Of a DNA stretch of 64,000 bases, positions 19,669-29,893 are shown one piece after another. The DNA lies in the NCBI GenBank assembly GCA_963808235.1, contig CAWEEQ010000004.1, forward strand, positions 3,785,789-3,849,788, written 5' to 3'. Source of the stretch: an uncultured delta proteobacterium (GTDB lineage Bacteria; Desulfobacterota; Binatia; Binatales; Binataceae). Positions within the stretch are counted from its first letter, which is position 1; the number at the start of each line of letters is the position of its first letter. Made by a program: the position numbers and the translations under genes. The notes below the pieces were generated by a model. The model made no database searches. It was given only the letters and a program-made list of their open reading frames with translations, and was not told the origin of the DNA.

Positions 19669-20529
19669 TTAGTCGCGCCGAAACTTCTGTTGACGCTCGG
19701 CTTCGAGCGCGTCCGCTACCTCGCGGCTCGGCGGCGTCGGCATCCAGCCTTTCGTATAGTCGCGCTCTTCCCAGCTTCGATCGTTCTCGTCCCAAACGTA
19801 GGGCAGCTTTACGATCGTGCCGGGTGACCTGATCGTCTCGAACGCGTGCATCGCGTCGATCACGATTTGGCGCTGAAGCTCGGGCTGGTCAGGCGGGCCG
19901 GTCTGATGCCCCAGTGGAAAGTTCACGAACACCGCACGCGGCGGATTGACCGCCTGCGTGATGTCGAGCGCCGAGGTCATGCAGAGAGTTGGGATTCCCG
20001 ATTCTTCGACCACTCGTGCGATCAGTCCAACGGACTGATGGCAGACGGGTCATGCGGGGACCAGGTAGAGCACGTCGGCGTGGGCGCGCTTCAGCTCACC
20101 CGCGATTTGCGGGGCGAGTTCTTCGCGGACTTTTCGCGCGGAATAGATTCCGCCCATGAAGCTGAACGCCGGATCGGCAAGCTCGCCGATCACGCCGCGC
20201 GCTTCGAGTTCACGCATGCGCTCGAGCGGGAACACGCAATTTGGATCGCGCTGCGCGTCCGCGGTCGGATAGCCGAAGTGCCAGATACTCAAGTCGGCGC
20301 GAGTCGCACTTTTCGGGATGCGCCGATACGACGCGTCCTCGTGATGGAACCGCGGCTGATCGCGGTACATCACTCCGCCCGAACTAATCAGCGCGACCTT
20401 GCACTCAGAGATTGGCTTTGAGAGCGGCGTGAACGGAGGCGCGCCGTCATTCTCGACCCATCGATAGGGCGTGAAGTCGCTGTAGAGATCGCGGGTTCGT
20501 GGAATATACGCGACGGGCATCGTCGTCAT
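19669..20529 (-). CDS. PrdB/GrdB-like reductase component B selenoprotein (in-frame UGA at 20050-20052 read as Sec)
   Basis: Two ORFs in the same frame separated by one TGA, giving LVPA-U-PVCHQSVGLIAR (UxxC); DPNCVFPL, FPLGH motifs; hairpin after the UGA. Confidence 0.9.
20017..20043 (-). promoter_or_regulatory. Bacterial SECIS-like hairpin
   Basis: ATCAGTCC-GTT-GGACTGAT 8-bp stem starting 10 nt after the UGA, with G first in the loop. Confidence 0.75.
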
Positions 20530-20561
20530 TCTCCTTCGGAACTACACTCGCAAAGATCCTG

Positions 20562-21338
20562 TCATGCCGCGTCCGGCGGGAACATCATCTTGCCGGCCTT
20601 GAATTCACGCGTCACAAAGTCCGCGAATCCACGCCGGATTGGCCACTCCAAACGGCTGTCGCGCCAATGTACTTTGCCGTCAGGACCCTCGAACTCGCTG
20701 ATAATATCATGCCCCTTCGCGAGCGCGCTTTTAAGCCGCTCGAGATCAGCCGCGACGCTGCCGACCGCGCGCGTCCGGAGCGTCCAGGCCGCGAGCCGCG
20801 GATACAGTTTCATCGAGATTCGCATCGCGCCCGCGGACGGCACGTAGCAGATCGCCGCGAGGTCGGCCACGCTCATCGCGCCGCAGAAGAACTCGCGCTC
20901 GCCGATTTCGCGTTCGAGCCGCGCTAGCAGTTGCGAGAATTCGTCGCGTGCTGCGTCGATCATTGCGGCCGATTCGGGAGCGTCCTTGCGCGCTGTGGCG
21001 ATCCAGAATCCATAGCTGACCGCGTCGAAGGTGCGATCGCACAAATCTTCGATCATGCGCATGCGCGCGCGCTCATACGGATCTGCAGGAAACATGGCGG
21101 GATTGGGAAACGCGTCTTCGAGATACTCGCAGATGATGGTGGAATCGGCGATCGTGCGGCCGTCGTCGAGGACCAGGGTCGGAACCTCAGCTCGCGCGGA
21201 GGCGACCCGCAAATCTTCTTTTCTGTCCAGAGAGTAGCATCGCTCGACCGGCTCGAAATCGATCTTTTTGAGCTCGAGCATCATCCGAACCTTGCGCGCG
21301 TAAGGGCTGGTGGCGAATGTGAACAGTTTCATAGGCAT
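20562..21338 (-). CDS. Glutathione S-transferase family protein
   Basis: SPYARKVR, VPTL, DSTIICEYL, SVADLA. Confidence 0.9.
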   Translation of the reverse strand: MPMKLFTFATSPYARKVRMMLELKKIDFEPVERCYSLDRKEDLRVASARAEVPTLVLDDGRTIADSTIICEYLEDAFPNPAMFPADPYERARMRMIEDLCDRTFDAVSYGFWIATARKDAPESAAMIDAARDEFSQLLARLEREIGEREFFCGAMSVADLAAICYVPSAGAMRISMKLYPRLAAWTLRTRAVGSVAADLERLKSALAKGHDIISEFEGPDGKVHWRDSRLEWPIRRGFADFVTREFKAGKMMFPPDAA

Positions 21339-21346
21339 CGGCTGGG

Positions 21347-22360
21347 TTATTTCAAACCCGGTAAAACGTCGGCGCCGAATCGATCCAGCGAGCGCCGTGC
21401 CTTCGCGGGATCGAGTCCGGGGAGCTGAGTCACTACTATAAGCTCGGTCATTGGAGTCGATTCGAGTATCTCCGCAAGGCGTGCGCTTACTTCACCGGCC
21501 GTTCCCAACACGCTGGTCTTGCGCAGCCGCTCCGGGTCGGGACGAATCAGCACCTTGCTCTGATCGGTGGTCCCGGCCGCCGCCGACAGCCATTTGCCGT
21601 ATAGCTCGGCCTGGTACATGAGCGCGTCACGCGTGTCGCGCCAAGCCTGTTCTTCCGAATCCGCGACGTATACTACGCGGCTGTTCACGATACTGTAGCG
21701 GGCCGGATCTTTGCCGCGCGCCTTCAACGCCTCTATATAGATTCCAATTTCCCTTCGCCCTCCGACGCAAGCAAACCCCAGATCAAGCTCGGCGGCGCGG
21801 CGAATCGCTTCCGCAGCGCCCGCACCCCAAAGCAACTCCGGATGCGGCCGGCTTATGGGACGCGGAAGCACGCGCACGTCGCGGAACTTGAAATACTTTC
21901 CGTCGAAGCTGAATCGCTCTCCAGTCCACGCGAGTTTCAAAATTTCGAGCGTCTCGAGCGTCCTGCCCAACCGCTGGGCGCGCGGTACCCCGAAGCCCTC
22001 GAACTCCTCGGCGCGGTAGCCGAGGCCGATCCCGAGCCGCAGCCGTCCGCCTGAAACCACATCGACGAAGGCGGCATCCTCGGCGAGCTTGAGCGGATGA
22101 TGAAACGGCGCGAGCAGGACGTAGGTGCCGATAGTGACTCGCGTGGTGCGCGCCGCGATCGCCGCCGCCGCAGGCATCAGCGCCGGCAGGTATCCGTCGT
22201 CGGTGAAATGATGCTCGGTGAGCCAGATAGAATCGAAGCCGAGCGACTCTGCGTCGGTCACCTGTGCGAGCGACGCGTCGTAGAGCTCGCGGAACGACAA
22301 CTTTGAGCCGGGCGGGTTGCGGAAATCGAGCTGGTAGCCGACCTTTACCTTGCGCATCAT
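21347..22360 (-). CDS. LLM-class flavin-dependent oxidoreductase
   Basis: GFDSIWLTEHH, HPLKLAED, SGGRLRLGIGLGYR. Confidence 0.92.
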   Translation of the reverse strand: MMRKVKVGYQLDFRNPPGSKLSFRELYDASLAQVTDAESLGFDSIWLTEHHFTDDGYLPALMPAAAAIAARTTRVTIGTYVLLAPFHHPLKLAEDAAFVDVVSGGRLRLGIGLGYRAEEFEGFGVPRAQRLGRTLETLEILKLAWTGERFSFDGKYFKFRDVRVLPRPISRPHPELLWGAGAAEAIRRAAELDLGFACVGGRREIGIYIEALKARGKDPARYSIVNSRVVYVADSEEQAWRDTRDALMYQAELYGKWLSAAAGTTDQSKVLIRPDPERLRKTSVLGTAGEVSARLAEILESTPMTELIVVTQLPGLDPAKARRSLDRFGADVLPGLK

Positions 22361-22387
22361 CTTACCTCAGCGCGGTTCGCGGCCACC

Positions 22388-23167
22388 TCAGCGCGCGGCG
22401 AGACCGCCGTCGACGATCAATTCGGTGCCGGTGATATATGATGCGTCGTCGGAGAGCAGAAACACGATCGCGTTTGCGATTTCCCAGGGCGTTCCCTGCC
22501 GGCGCATCGGAATTCGTGGCGCGACAGTGCTCTCGCGATCGCCAACCAGTCTCCGCACCATCGAAGAATCGATCAGTCCCGGCAAGATCGTGTTGATGCG
22601 GATATTGTCGCGCGCGTGTGAGACCGCGGCCGAGCGCGACAGCCCCAGCAGTGCCGCCTTGGTCGCCTCGTACGAGATTTGCGTATTGCTGCGCATCGCG
22701 GCCAGCGACGAGACATTGACGATAGCACCCCCGCCCGCCTTCGCGATTTCCGGCACCGCATAGCGCATGGTCAGGAAGTGGCTGCGCAGGTTGACCGCGA
22801 GCATCGTGTCGAACTGCTCTGTGGTGGTCTTTAGCAGGTTGCCGCCGATTGCGATTCCGACGTTGTTGACCATCAGATGCAGCGCAGCAAAACTTCGTAT
22901 GGTTGCTTCGACGGCCCCGCGGCATTGATCTTCGATGCTAACGTCGGCGGCGACAGCTTCGGCGCGTCCGCCTTCTTCGCGGATGGCGGTCGCGGTCTGA
23001 CTCGCGAGCTCGAGAGAGCGATCGGCAACCATCACTGCGGCGCCCTCTCTAGCGCACATGATTGCGGTGGCGCGCCCGTTGCCGATCGAGATCTTGTCGC
23101 CTGCCTTCGCGGGTCCGTCCGCGCCGCCACCGATGATCAACGCTACTTTGTTCGCAAGACGATTCAT
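22388..23167 (-). CDS. SDR family oxidoreductase
   Basis: NNVG, YEATK, ITGTELIVDGG; ATG at 23167. Confidence 0.93.
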   Translation of the reverse strand: MNRLANKVALIIGGGADGPAKAGDKISIGNGRATAIMCAREGAAVMVADRSLELASQTATAIREEGGRAEAVAADVSIEDQCRGAVEATIRSFAALHLMVNNVGIAIGGNLLKTTTEQFDTMLAVNLRSHFLTMRYAVPEIAKAGGGAIVNVSSLAAMRSNTQISYEATKAALLGLSRSAAVSHARDNIRINTILPGLIDSSMVRRLVGDRESTVAPRIPMRRQGTPWEIANAIVFLLSDDASYITGTELIVDGGLAAR

Positions 23168-23418
23168 GACGCGCCTCCTCGGGATCGATGCGAGCAGAAT
23201 GAAGTGATAACGCAATCCATTGGTACTTGCACGACGCGGAAAGTGCGCAAAACTGACAAGTTGATTTGAGAGGCACTTGCGGGTGGTGTTGGGCTGGTGA
23301 GGTGAGTCACGCCTCATTGGTACCACGTCGAGAACGCGTGCGGCAGGCTGAACAGTTCAGCCCTGAACTGATATGGCAGTCTGGCCCCTCCGAAATCAGC
23401 GCGCATGCCAAGGATCTG

Positions 23419-23796
23419 TCATTTGATTTCTTCGTCAGGTTCCTGGCAGAAGCATCCGGGGCGCATCCACCCGGCGCATTTGAAACCGGCGCCTTTTGGC
23501 CCGCAAGCGGCTTTCTTGCTCTGCGTGTGAATGAAAGTGCAGGTTTCGGTTTTGCTGTCCTCGCATTCACAGTTATCACAGTCCGGCTTCGCCGCCGCGA
23601 TTTTTTTGGCGAGATCGTTGTCGTAGGCGGTCTGCGCGTTCGCCGGAGTGTCGCCGAAGCCCTTGATTTCAACCTTCTTAAAGAACCGATCGGGACATTT
23701 CGCGCCTGCATGCACGATCGAAGCGGTCGTTGCAGCTCCCGCGATCGCAAGCGCCAGAGCAATCGTCCGGAATGTGAAAAGCGTCGATGCCTTCAT
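23419..23796 (-). CDS. Small secreted cysteine-rich protein
   Basis: GGGGGAG RBS, signal peptide, 9 Cys in the mature part. Confidence 0.7.
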   Translation of the reverse strand: MKASTLFTFRTIALALAIAGAATTASIVHAGAKCPDRFFKKVEIKGFGDTPANAQTAYDNDLAKKIAAAKPDCDNCECEDSKTETCTFIHTQSKKAACGPKGAGFKCAGWMRPGCFCQEPDEEIK

Positions 23797-23881
23797 ATCA
23801 AAACTCCCCCTTGTTTGGATTCGTGACGGATCGCGCGCTCGGAAAACCGCCGCGCTATGTGGGGAACGCGATCGCGCCGGC

Positions 23882-24415
23882 TCAGGCGCCTTCGCGGCTG
23901 CGGTAACGCGCTTGATTCGGATCGGAGGGCATCGTCAGCAGCTCGCGCGAATAAATCTCACCGAGATACTCGATCAGGTTGCGCATCGAGACCACCGCGG
24001 TCGCATTCCCGGCGTCGTCGGTCAGCGGGATATGGCGGAACCCTTCGAGCACCATCTTGCTGAGCGCGAAGGCGACGTTCGCGTCGGCGGGAAGCGTGAA
24101 GGGATCGGGAGTCATCGAGTCGGACACCGCCGTGTGCATCAGGTCGAGTGGGCGGCCGGCGACCTTCATCAGAATATCGCGCTCAGTGAAGATGCCGGCG
24201 AGGCGGCCATTTTCAAGAATCAAAACGCAGGCGCGGCGCTCCAGTTGCATCAGGCGAATCGTCTCGGCGAGAGTCGTCGATGCGGAAACTGTCAAGGCCG
24301 GCTGCGAAACGACTTCGCTCAGCGAAGTGTTGGCAAGTGCGGACTCGAGGACCTGGGGGCCGGGATGCTCTTCGTCGAGCAACCGTTCGCGCTCGTCGTC
24401 ATGGTCGATCGGCAT
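23882..24415 (-). CDS. CBS-domain protein
   Basis: GIFTERDIL, MTPDP, GFRHIP. Confidence 0.9.
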   Translation of the reverse strand: MPIDHDDERERLLDEEHPGPQVLESALANTSLSEVVSQPALTVSASTTLAETIRLMQLERRACVLILENGRLAGIFTERDILMKVAGRPLDLMHTAVSDSMTPDPFTLPADANVAFALSKMVLEGFRHIPLTDDAGNATAVVSMRNLIEYLGEIYSRELLTMPSDPNQARYRSREGA

Positions 24416-24511
24416 GGTTCAAGCCTCCGCACAAAACGTCATCCCTAAGCCTAGGACGTTATTCGGTTTAGGGCAAAGGGTGGGAGAGGCTTTCCGGCAC
24501 GGCGCAAACTG

Positions 24512-25285
24512 TCAGGTTGTATGGGTCGGATGCCTCGCGAAACGGTTCGCGCGATGATTGCGCGCTCGCCGCCGCGTATGTTTGGCGGGAGCGGGTTGTT
24601 GCATCGCGGGAGCCGCATCCGCGCTGCTGGTCGCGTGCGATGCGACGGTGGTGGAAGGAATCGAGGCGGGCTGCTGAGCCGTCGCAGCAGTCGCTGGATG
24701 CGGAATGGCAACGCGCGACGACTGAGGGGCCGGACGAGGAATGGTCGTGCGCATAATTCCGATCGCCCACGCGATACACGGTAGCAGGATTCCGAAAATC
24801 AAAGCTGCGAGCGCGATTGGACGCCACATGAGGCGTGCCTTGGCGAGGAGCAGTGTTGCGCCCGAGGTCCGGGGAACTGAAGCCACGAGTACTCCGCTCT
24901 CAGCCAGCTCAAAGTCACGGATAAAGCGCGCGACCACTTTCGCTGCATCAAGGCCAAGAAAAATCGCGTAGCGTTCGAAGAATGGCAACAGGTAGAGCTG
25001 ATCGGGAATGGCGTCATAGCTGTCACTCTCGATCATTCTCACATAGTAGGAAGGAATGTGTGTTTCGTCTGCGACTTGCTCGCGCGAAAGAGCGCGATGC
25101 TCGCGCGCTTGGGTCATGAGTTGGCCGAGCGTCTGATTGTCTGTTGGCTCGGGGTGGACTACGTCGTCCGGCGAGTCATCGCAGATGAGGTCGTCGTCGC
25201 TCAGGCAAACTATGTTGGTCGGAGTTTTGAGATCGCTTGCCGCGTCTCTTGAGTAACTACCTAAGAGGGACCTGCCAACGGCCAT
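24512..25285 (-). CDS. RodZ-like HTH membrane protein
   Basis: LGQLMTQARE..LSREQVADETHI..YVRMIE..Y..P HTH, one TM helix, low-complexity tail. Confidence 0.75.
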   Translation of the reverse strand: MAVGRSLLGSYSRDAASDLKTPTNIVCLSDDDLICDDSPDDVVHPEPTDNQTLGQLMTQAREHRALSREQVADETHIPSYYVRMIESDSYDAIPDQLYLLPFFERYAIFLGLDAAKVVARFIRDFELAESGVLVASVPRTSGATLLLAKARLMWRPIALAALIFGILLPCIAWAIGIMRTTIPRPAPQSSRVAIPHPATAATAQQPASIPSTTVASHATSSADAAPAMQQPAPAKHTRRRARNHRANRFARHPTHTT

Positions 25286-25533
25286 CCTCCACCTCCTCGA
25301 CCCGCACATCTTCAGCTGGCCCGGAGTCAGCTGCCGCGATCAAGAATATTGTCACAAATGTGAGTCATTCTGAAGTACAGCATCAGAAATCAGGCTCGAT
25401 GGCAGGGTAGAAGGTGCTGCGCCATAACACTTAGGACCAGACAATTCACTTCTTAGGCACTACATATGACTCCAAGACGTGGAGTTCCTCCGCGTGAGTA
25501 GGCGCTATAGGCGCCAAGTCACTGCAACCAGAC

Positions 25534-27246
25534 TCACTCTCCTGCCAGCGAAATGGGTTTGTCTTCTGAAGTTGTAGGTGCGGGAATTTCAGGAAGTCTG
25601 ACTATGAAGGTGCTGCCGCGATCAGCCCCCGGACTGAGCGCCTCGACGCAACCTCCGTGAAGCTCTACAAGTCGTCTCACCAGTGTAAGCCCCAGGCCGA
25701 GCCCGCCCTGGAATCGTGCCAACCCGACATCACCGCGGACGAAGAGATCGAATATTCGAGGTAAGAGGTCAGCCGGGACGCCAATACCGTTGTCCTCTAC
25801 CCGAATCACAGCGTCTTGGGCTTGTGCCTTTACGCTCACTCGGATGGTGCCGCCCGAGGCGGTGTACTTTGCAGCGTTGCTCAGCAAATTCGTGACGATC
25901 TGCGCCAGCCGGTCCGCATCACCATCGACCCATACCGGCGCCACATCCATTTCCACCGCTCGTTGCGCGAGTTGTCCCGTTTGATGCAACGCATTGACGC
26001 ATTCGGATACGAGGTCGGCGAGATTCAGGGGACGACAGACCAGCACGATTTTCCCGGTCGTCACCCGAGATACGTCGAGAAGATCGTCGACCATGCGGGT
26101 TAGATGCCGCACCTGTCGCGCGATGATGTTGCGGGCCTTGATCGCTCCGCTTTCGGTAGTCCGTTCGTCTCCAAGAAGTGGAACCGCCAAAGCGATTGTG
26201 TTGAGCGGATTGCGCAGTTCGTGCCCAAGCATCGCCAGGAACTCGTCTTTGGCACGGTTCGCATCTTCGGCCGCTTCGCGCGCCACTCGCTGGCTTATAT
26301 CCAAGCTCCGGCGTTGTGCGATTTCGGTTGCTACGGCGATGCCCATGATCTGCGACAAGCCCGAAAATGTTTGCAAAAGCAGGAGAGCCTCATTTCGGCT
26401 GCCTCCCGCGAATGGCCCGAGCCCCCGCAGTGTTCCGACTACGGCCAGGCTGGACGATATGAAATTCACCGTGGCGGTTTCGCGCGGACCGAAACGGAAT
26501 GCCGCCCACAAAAGCACCGGGAAGAACAGAAACTCTAGCGGGTATCGCTGACTGGAGAGAGGCAGCCATCCGTCAAACACCACGCCGCCAAGGGTGAGCA
26601 ATACAAGCAGCGACAGAACTGCTTCTGCCGTCTGCGCCCGGCTCCAGCCGAGTCGATAGTTCAGGCCCCAGAGCAGTATCAACGGCGCGACCAAAAGCTC
26701 CCCGGCGGCATCGCCGAGCCACCATGTGAGCCAAATCCATTTGTATTCCGACCAACTGTCGAAGCCCGCCAGGCAGAGGCTTGTCACTCCGATCGTGGCG
26801 GAAACGGTGGTGCTGAGCACCGCCGCGAAAATGAGAAACTTGAGAGCATCGCGATTCCGGCTGAAGGCATCGGCGCCATTGGCGAAGCGGATCACAAGAT
26901 AGGCGCCGAGGACCGCCTCCAAGGTGTTGCCACAAGCGATTGCGGTCGAGGTCGCAATTGAACCCGCCGTCGTCACATTGACAAAGAACGCACCTACAAA
27001 AATTGCAGGCCAAACCCACACGCCGCACAGAAGACAAGCCGCCAGCGCTATTCCGGCCGGGGCCCAAATTGCGGCCGCACTGGGACTGATGATCGCGAAA
27101 TGGAGCCCGATTTTGCCGGTGGCAAAATAAGTAAGAGCCACGAGCGCGAGGAGCGCAAATCGGTTGGCAGATCCAGAGACAGAAACGACAGAAGGAGATT
27201 GCGGCATTACGTCGCCAGTATCCGGAGGGCTAGGCTCATCCATCAC
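25534..27246 (-). CDS. MASE1-domain sensor histidine kinase
   Basis: WAPAGI, WWLGDA MASE1 helices; LGHELRNPL, NAAKY, GLGLGL. Confidence 0.92.
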   Translation of the reverse strand: MMDEPSPPDTGDVMPQSPSVVSVSGSANRFALLALVALTYFATGKIGLHFAIISPSAAAIWAPAGIALAACLLCGVWVWPAIFVGAFFVNVTTAGSIATSTAIACGNTLEAVLGAYLVIRFANGADAFSRNRDALKFLIFAAVLSTTVSATIGVTSLCLAGFDSWSEYKWIWLTWWLGDAAGELLVAPLILLWGLNYRLGWSRAQTAEAVLSLLVLLTLGGVVFDGWLPLSSQRYPLEFLFFPVLLWAAFRFGPRETATVNFISSSLAVVGTLRGLGPFAGGSRNEALLLLQTFSGLSQIMGIAVATEIAQRRSLDISQRVAREAAEDANRAKDEFLAMLGHELRNPLNTIALAVPLLGDERTTESGAIKARNIIARQVRHLTRMVDDLLDVSRVTTGKIVLVCRPLNLADLVSECVNALHQTGQLAQRAVEMDVAPVWVDGDADRLAQIVTNLLSNAAKYTASGGTIRVSVKAQAQDAVIRVEDNGIGVPADLLPRIFDLFVRGDVGLARFQGGLGLGLTLVRRLVELHGGCVEALSPGADRGSTFIVRLPEIPAPTTSEDKPISLAGE

Positions 27247-27438
27247 GATTCACCAGGTCTGCCTGAAGGGAACCTTGCGTCAGGAATCTTCGGAGCGCTG
27301 CGGAACCCCCAAGACAAACCGCCGATGGATAATGTGATGGTTGCCGCCCGTTGGCGCAACCGGCGAGAAGGAGGGCCGTCCGTATTCGAAGATCCGGAGG
27401 TTGTGCAAATCGCCGCAAGTCTCTAATAGAAAAGTGCG

Positions 27439-28638
27439 ATGCGGGCGGACACGCACTTGCGAATCATCGTGATCGGAGCGGGAATCGGCGGCCTGGCGGC
27501 TGCGCTGACGCTTACCCGCGCCGGCCTCGAGGTTCAGGTCTTCGAGCAGGCGTCCGAATTGCGCGAGGTCGGCGCCGGCATCCAGATAAGTCCGAACGCC
27601 ACGCGAATTCTCCATCGGCTCGGACTAGAGCATCCGCTGCGCCGCTTCGGAGTGCGGCCGCGCGCGATCGTCATCCACCGCTGGGATGACGGGCGTGTGA
27701 TCGCTCGCCAGCCCCTGGCCGACGCATCCGAGCGTAACTTTGGCGCTCCCTATTATAATTTCCATCGCGCCGAACTGCTCAACGTTCTTTCCGCGGCGGT
27801 GCCCGATGGCGTCCTTCATCTTGACCATCGATGCGTCGGATTGACTCAGCATGCGGACCGCGTCGAGGTGCGATTCCAAAACGGCGTGACCACTGACGCC
27901 GATGTTGTGGTTGGCGCAGACGGCATCCACTCCACGGTGCGCGAAGCCATCGTGGGGCCGGAATCGCCGCGGTTTTCGGGACACGTGGCCTATCGCGGGC
28001 TGGTTCCGGCGGAGCGCGTGGCGCATCTGGGGCTCGAGGTCGCGGCTTCCGTATGGTGGGGGCCGAACCATCACTTCGTCAATTATTTCGTGGGCGCCGG
28101 CGCGCGCTACCACAATTGGGTCGCGGTCACTCCCGGGCAATGGCGCATCGAGTCGTGGACCGCGAAGGGTGAAGTAGCCGACGCGCTCAAGGAATTCGAC
28201 GGGTGGCATCCCGAGGTCCGCGCTATCATCGGCTCGGTTGATGCGACCAATCGTTGGGCGCTCTACGATCGCGACCCGCTCCCACGCTGGACCGTCGGCC
28301 GCGTAACGCTGATGGGTGATGCGGCGCATCCGATGCTCCCCTACATGGCGCAAGGCGCAGTGCAATCGATCGAGGATGCCGCGGTGCTGGCGAAATGCCT
28401 CGAACTGGCCGACGCGCACGATACCAGCGCCGCGCTGCTGCGATACGAACAGACGCGCAAGCCTCGCGCATCACGATGCCAGGAGGGGTCGCGGCGCAAC
28501 GGCATCATGTACCATCTCGCCGACGGCGAGGATCAACGAAAGCGCGACGCTGACCTCGCGTCGGCCGCAACCGCTCCGCTGCCTCAGAACGCGTGGCTCT
28601 ACGGTCACGACGTAGAAGCCGAATTCGAACAGGGGTGA
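27439..28638 (+). CDS. FAD-dependent monooxygenase (salicylate hydroxylase-like)
   Basis: GAGIGG, GADGIHS, LMGDAAHPMLPYMAQGA. Confidence 0.92.
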   Translation: MRADTHLRIIVIGAGIGGLAAALTLTRAGLEVQVFEQASELREVGAGIQISPNATRILHRLGLEHPLRRFGVRPRAIVIHRWDDGRVIARQPLADASERNFGAPYYNFHRAELLNVLSAAVPDGVLHLDHRCVGLTQHADRVEVRFQNGVTTDADVVVGADGIHSTVREAIVGPESPRFSGHVAYRGLVPAERVAHLGLEVAASVWWGPNHHFVNYFVGAGARYHNWVAVTPGQWRIESWTAKGEVADALKEFDGWHPEVRAIIGSVDATNRWALYDRDPLPRWTVGRVTLMGDAAHPMLPYMAQGAVQSIEDAAVLAKCLELADAHDTSAALLRYEQTRKPRASRCQEGSRRNGIMYHLADGEDQRKRDADLASAATAPLPQNAWLYGHDVEAEFEQG

Positions 28639-28700
28639 AGTCCGCGGAGGCTTTGCTGCGGAGTGCTCATTTTAAATTGTGGTTCAACCAAGGCAGGGTA

Positions 28701-29456
28701 CTACTTGCCGAGTTGGGCAATGGCGTTGCGCAGTGGAGCGCTGGAAATCTGAATCATTCCGCCGAATGGGCGGTCGAGCTCAAGGATCATGAAGATCGCG
28801 CCTGCAACGGATAGCGCGCACAGAAACAGGGTCGCGATGACGGTCGCATTCGGAGGCGCGAAGAGACCGAAGCTCAGAAAGATAATGGTCACCCAGAAAA
28901 TCAGCAGCACCAGAAACGGCATCGGGATCGAGCGACCTCCCTGCTCGAACAGCAACCAGCGCGTCTGTCCAAGATCGATGCTCATCTTCAGGGCTTGTGA
29001 CTGCAGCGAGCGCTGAACGTCGTTCTTCGGCGACAGTTCCTGTATCTGATCATAGAATCCTTCGGCTGTGGTCCCAGACGGCTTCAAGTCTGCGGTTCCG
29101 GTACGCGCCTCCGGCCATGCGCGCTCAATCATGCCAGCGGCGGTCTGCCTCAGCAGCGCGCGAGCTTCCCTGGTCTCTGGTCCGTAATGGGCCAGCACGC
29201 GATCGAGAAGGATGACATTGGCGGAAAGTTGGGTAATCTCATTTCGTTGCGTGTCATAAGAGCCTTTTGCCGAGTTGACCAGCAGGGCTAGGACCAAGGC
29301 CGACATCGTCGCGGTTAGAGCCATCCCCAGCTTGATCACGTCCTTGGATTCCGCGCTCAGATGGTGTTCGGGCAGAACCCGGTGAAGAAGCATCCCGAGC
29401 ACCGCTCCTCCAAAGATGCACGCAAAGACGATGCAGCCGATAACCGTCGGGCTCAT
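28701..29456 (-). CDS. DUF4239-like membrane protein
   Basis: ATMSALVLALL, ILELDRPFGG. Confidence 0.7.
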   Translation of the reverse strand: MSPTVIGCIVFACIFGGAVLGMLLHRVLPEHHLSAESKDVIKLGMALTATMSALVLALLVNSAKGSYDTQRNEITQLSANVILLDRVLAHYGPETREARALLRQTAAGMIERAWPEARTGTADLKPSGTTAEGFYDQIQELSPKNDVQRSLQSQALKMSIDLGQTRWLLFEQGGRSIPMPFLVLLIFWVTIIFLSFGLFAPPNATVIATLFLCALSVAGAIFMILELDRPFGGMIQISSAPLRNAIAQLGK

Positions 29457-29461
29457 GCTGG

Positions 29462-29887
29462 CTATGCCCTATTCGTGAACCTTGACTCGCTTTGGCTCAA
29501 TTCAGGTCTACCAGACTTCCGAATCAGAAGACTCATAACGCACCAGACCGTCATGGTCGTGTGCAGAACAACCGCCGGCCACAAAGCGATGCCGACCGGC
29601 CGCGACTGGGTGCCGGCAATCGCTAAAATGAGAGTCACACCGAGATTGTAGAACACCATCGCGGTTACTAGTCCTGTTGCGGCAGGACTCTCCGTGTCCT
29701 TGCGCGCATGCCAGCAGGCCACTCCCAGCGTAAGCAGCGCTGCTCCGCTGACCCGGGCCACGGTCAAAGCGGCGGGTGCTTCCAGCGGTGTGCCGAGCAG
29801 AAGATTCGCGGCCGCCGAGGGGAGACACAACAGCGCCAGGCCTGCCCCTACTTCGATCACCGCGGTCGCTGCATACAGACCGTTCAC
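29462..29887 (-). CDS. Hypothetical 4-TM membrane protein
   Basis: Hydrophobic ORF immediately downstream of the sulfatase. Confidence 0.65.
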   Translation of the reverse strand: MNGLYAATAVIEVGAGLALLCLPSAAANLLLGTPLEAPAALTVARVSGAALLTLGVACWHARKDTESPAATGLVTAMVFYNLGVTLILAIAGTQSRPVGIALWPAVVLHTTMTVWCVMSLLIRKSGRPELSQSESRFTNRA

Positions 29888-29893
29888 GGCCGC

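Noticed and set aside
19669-20529. Two separate ORFs (114 aa and 159 aa) or a nonsense pseudogene
   Set aside because: Same frame, UxxC context and a SECIS-like hairpin favour one selenoprotein
25352-25363. TCACA-AA-TGTGA inverted repeat as a CRP/FNR site
   Set aside because: Half-site order and spacing do not match TGTGA-N6-TCACA
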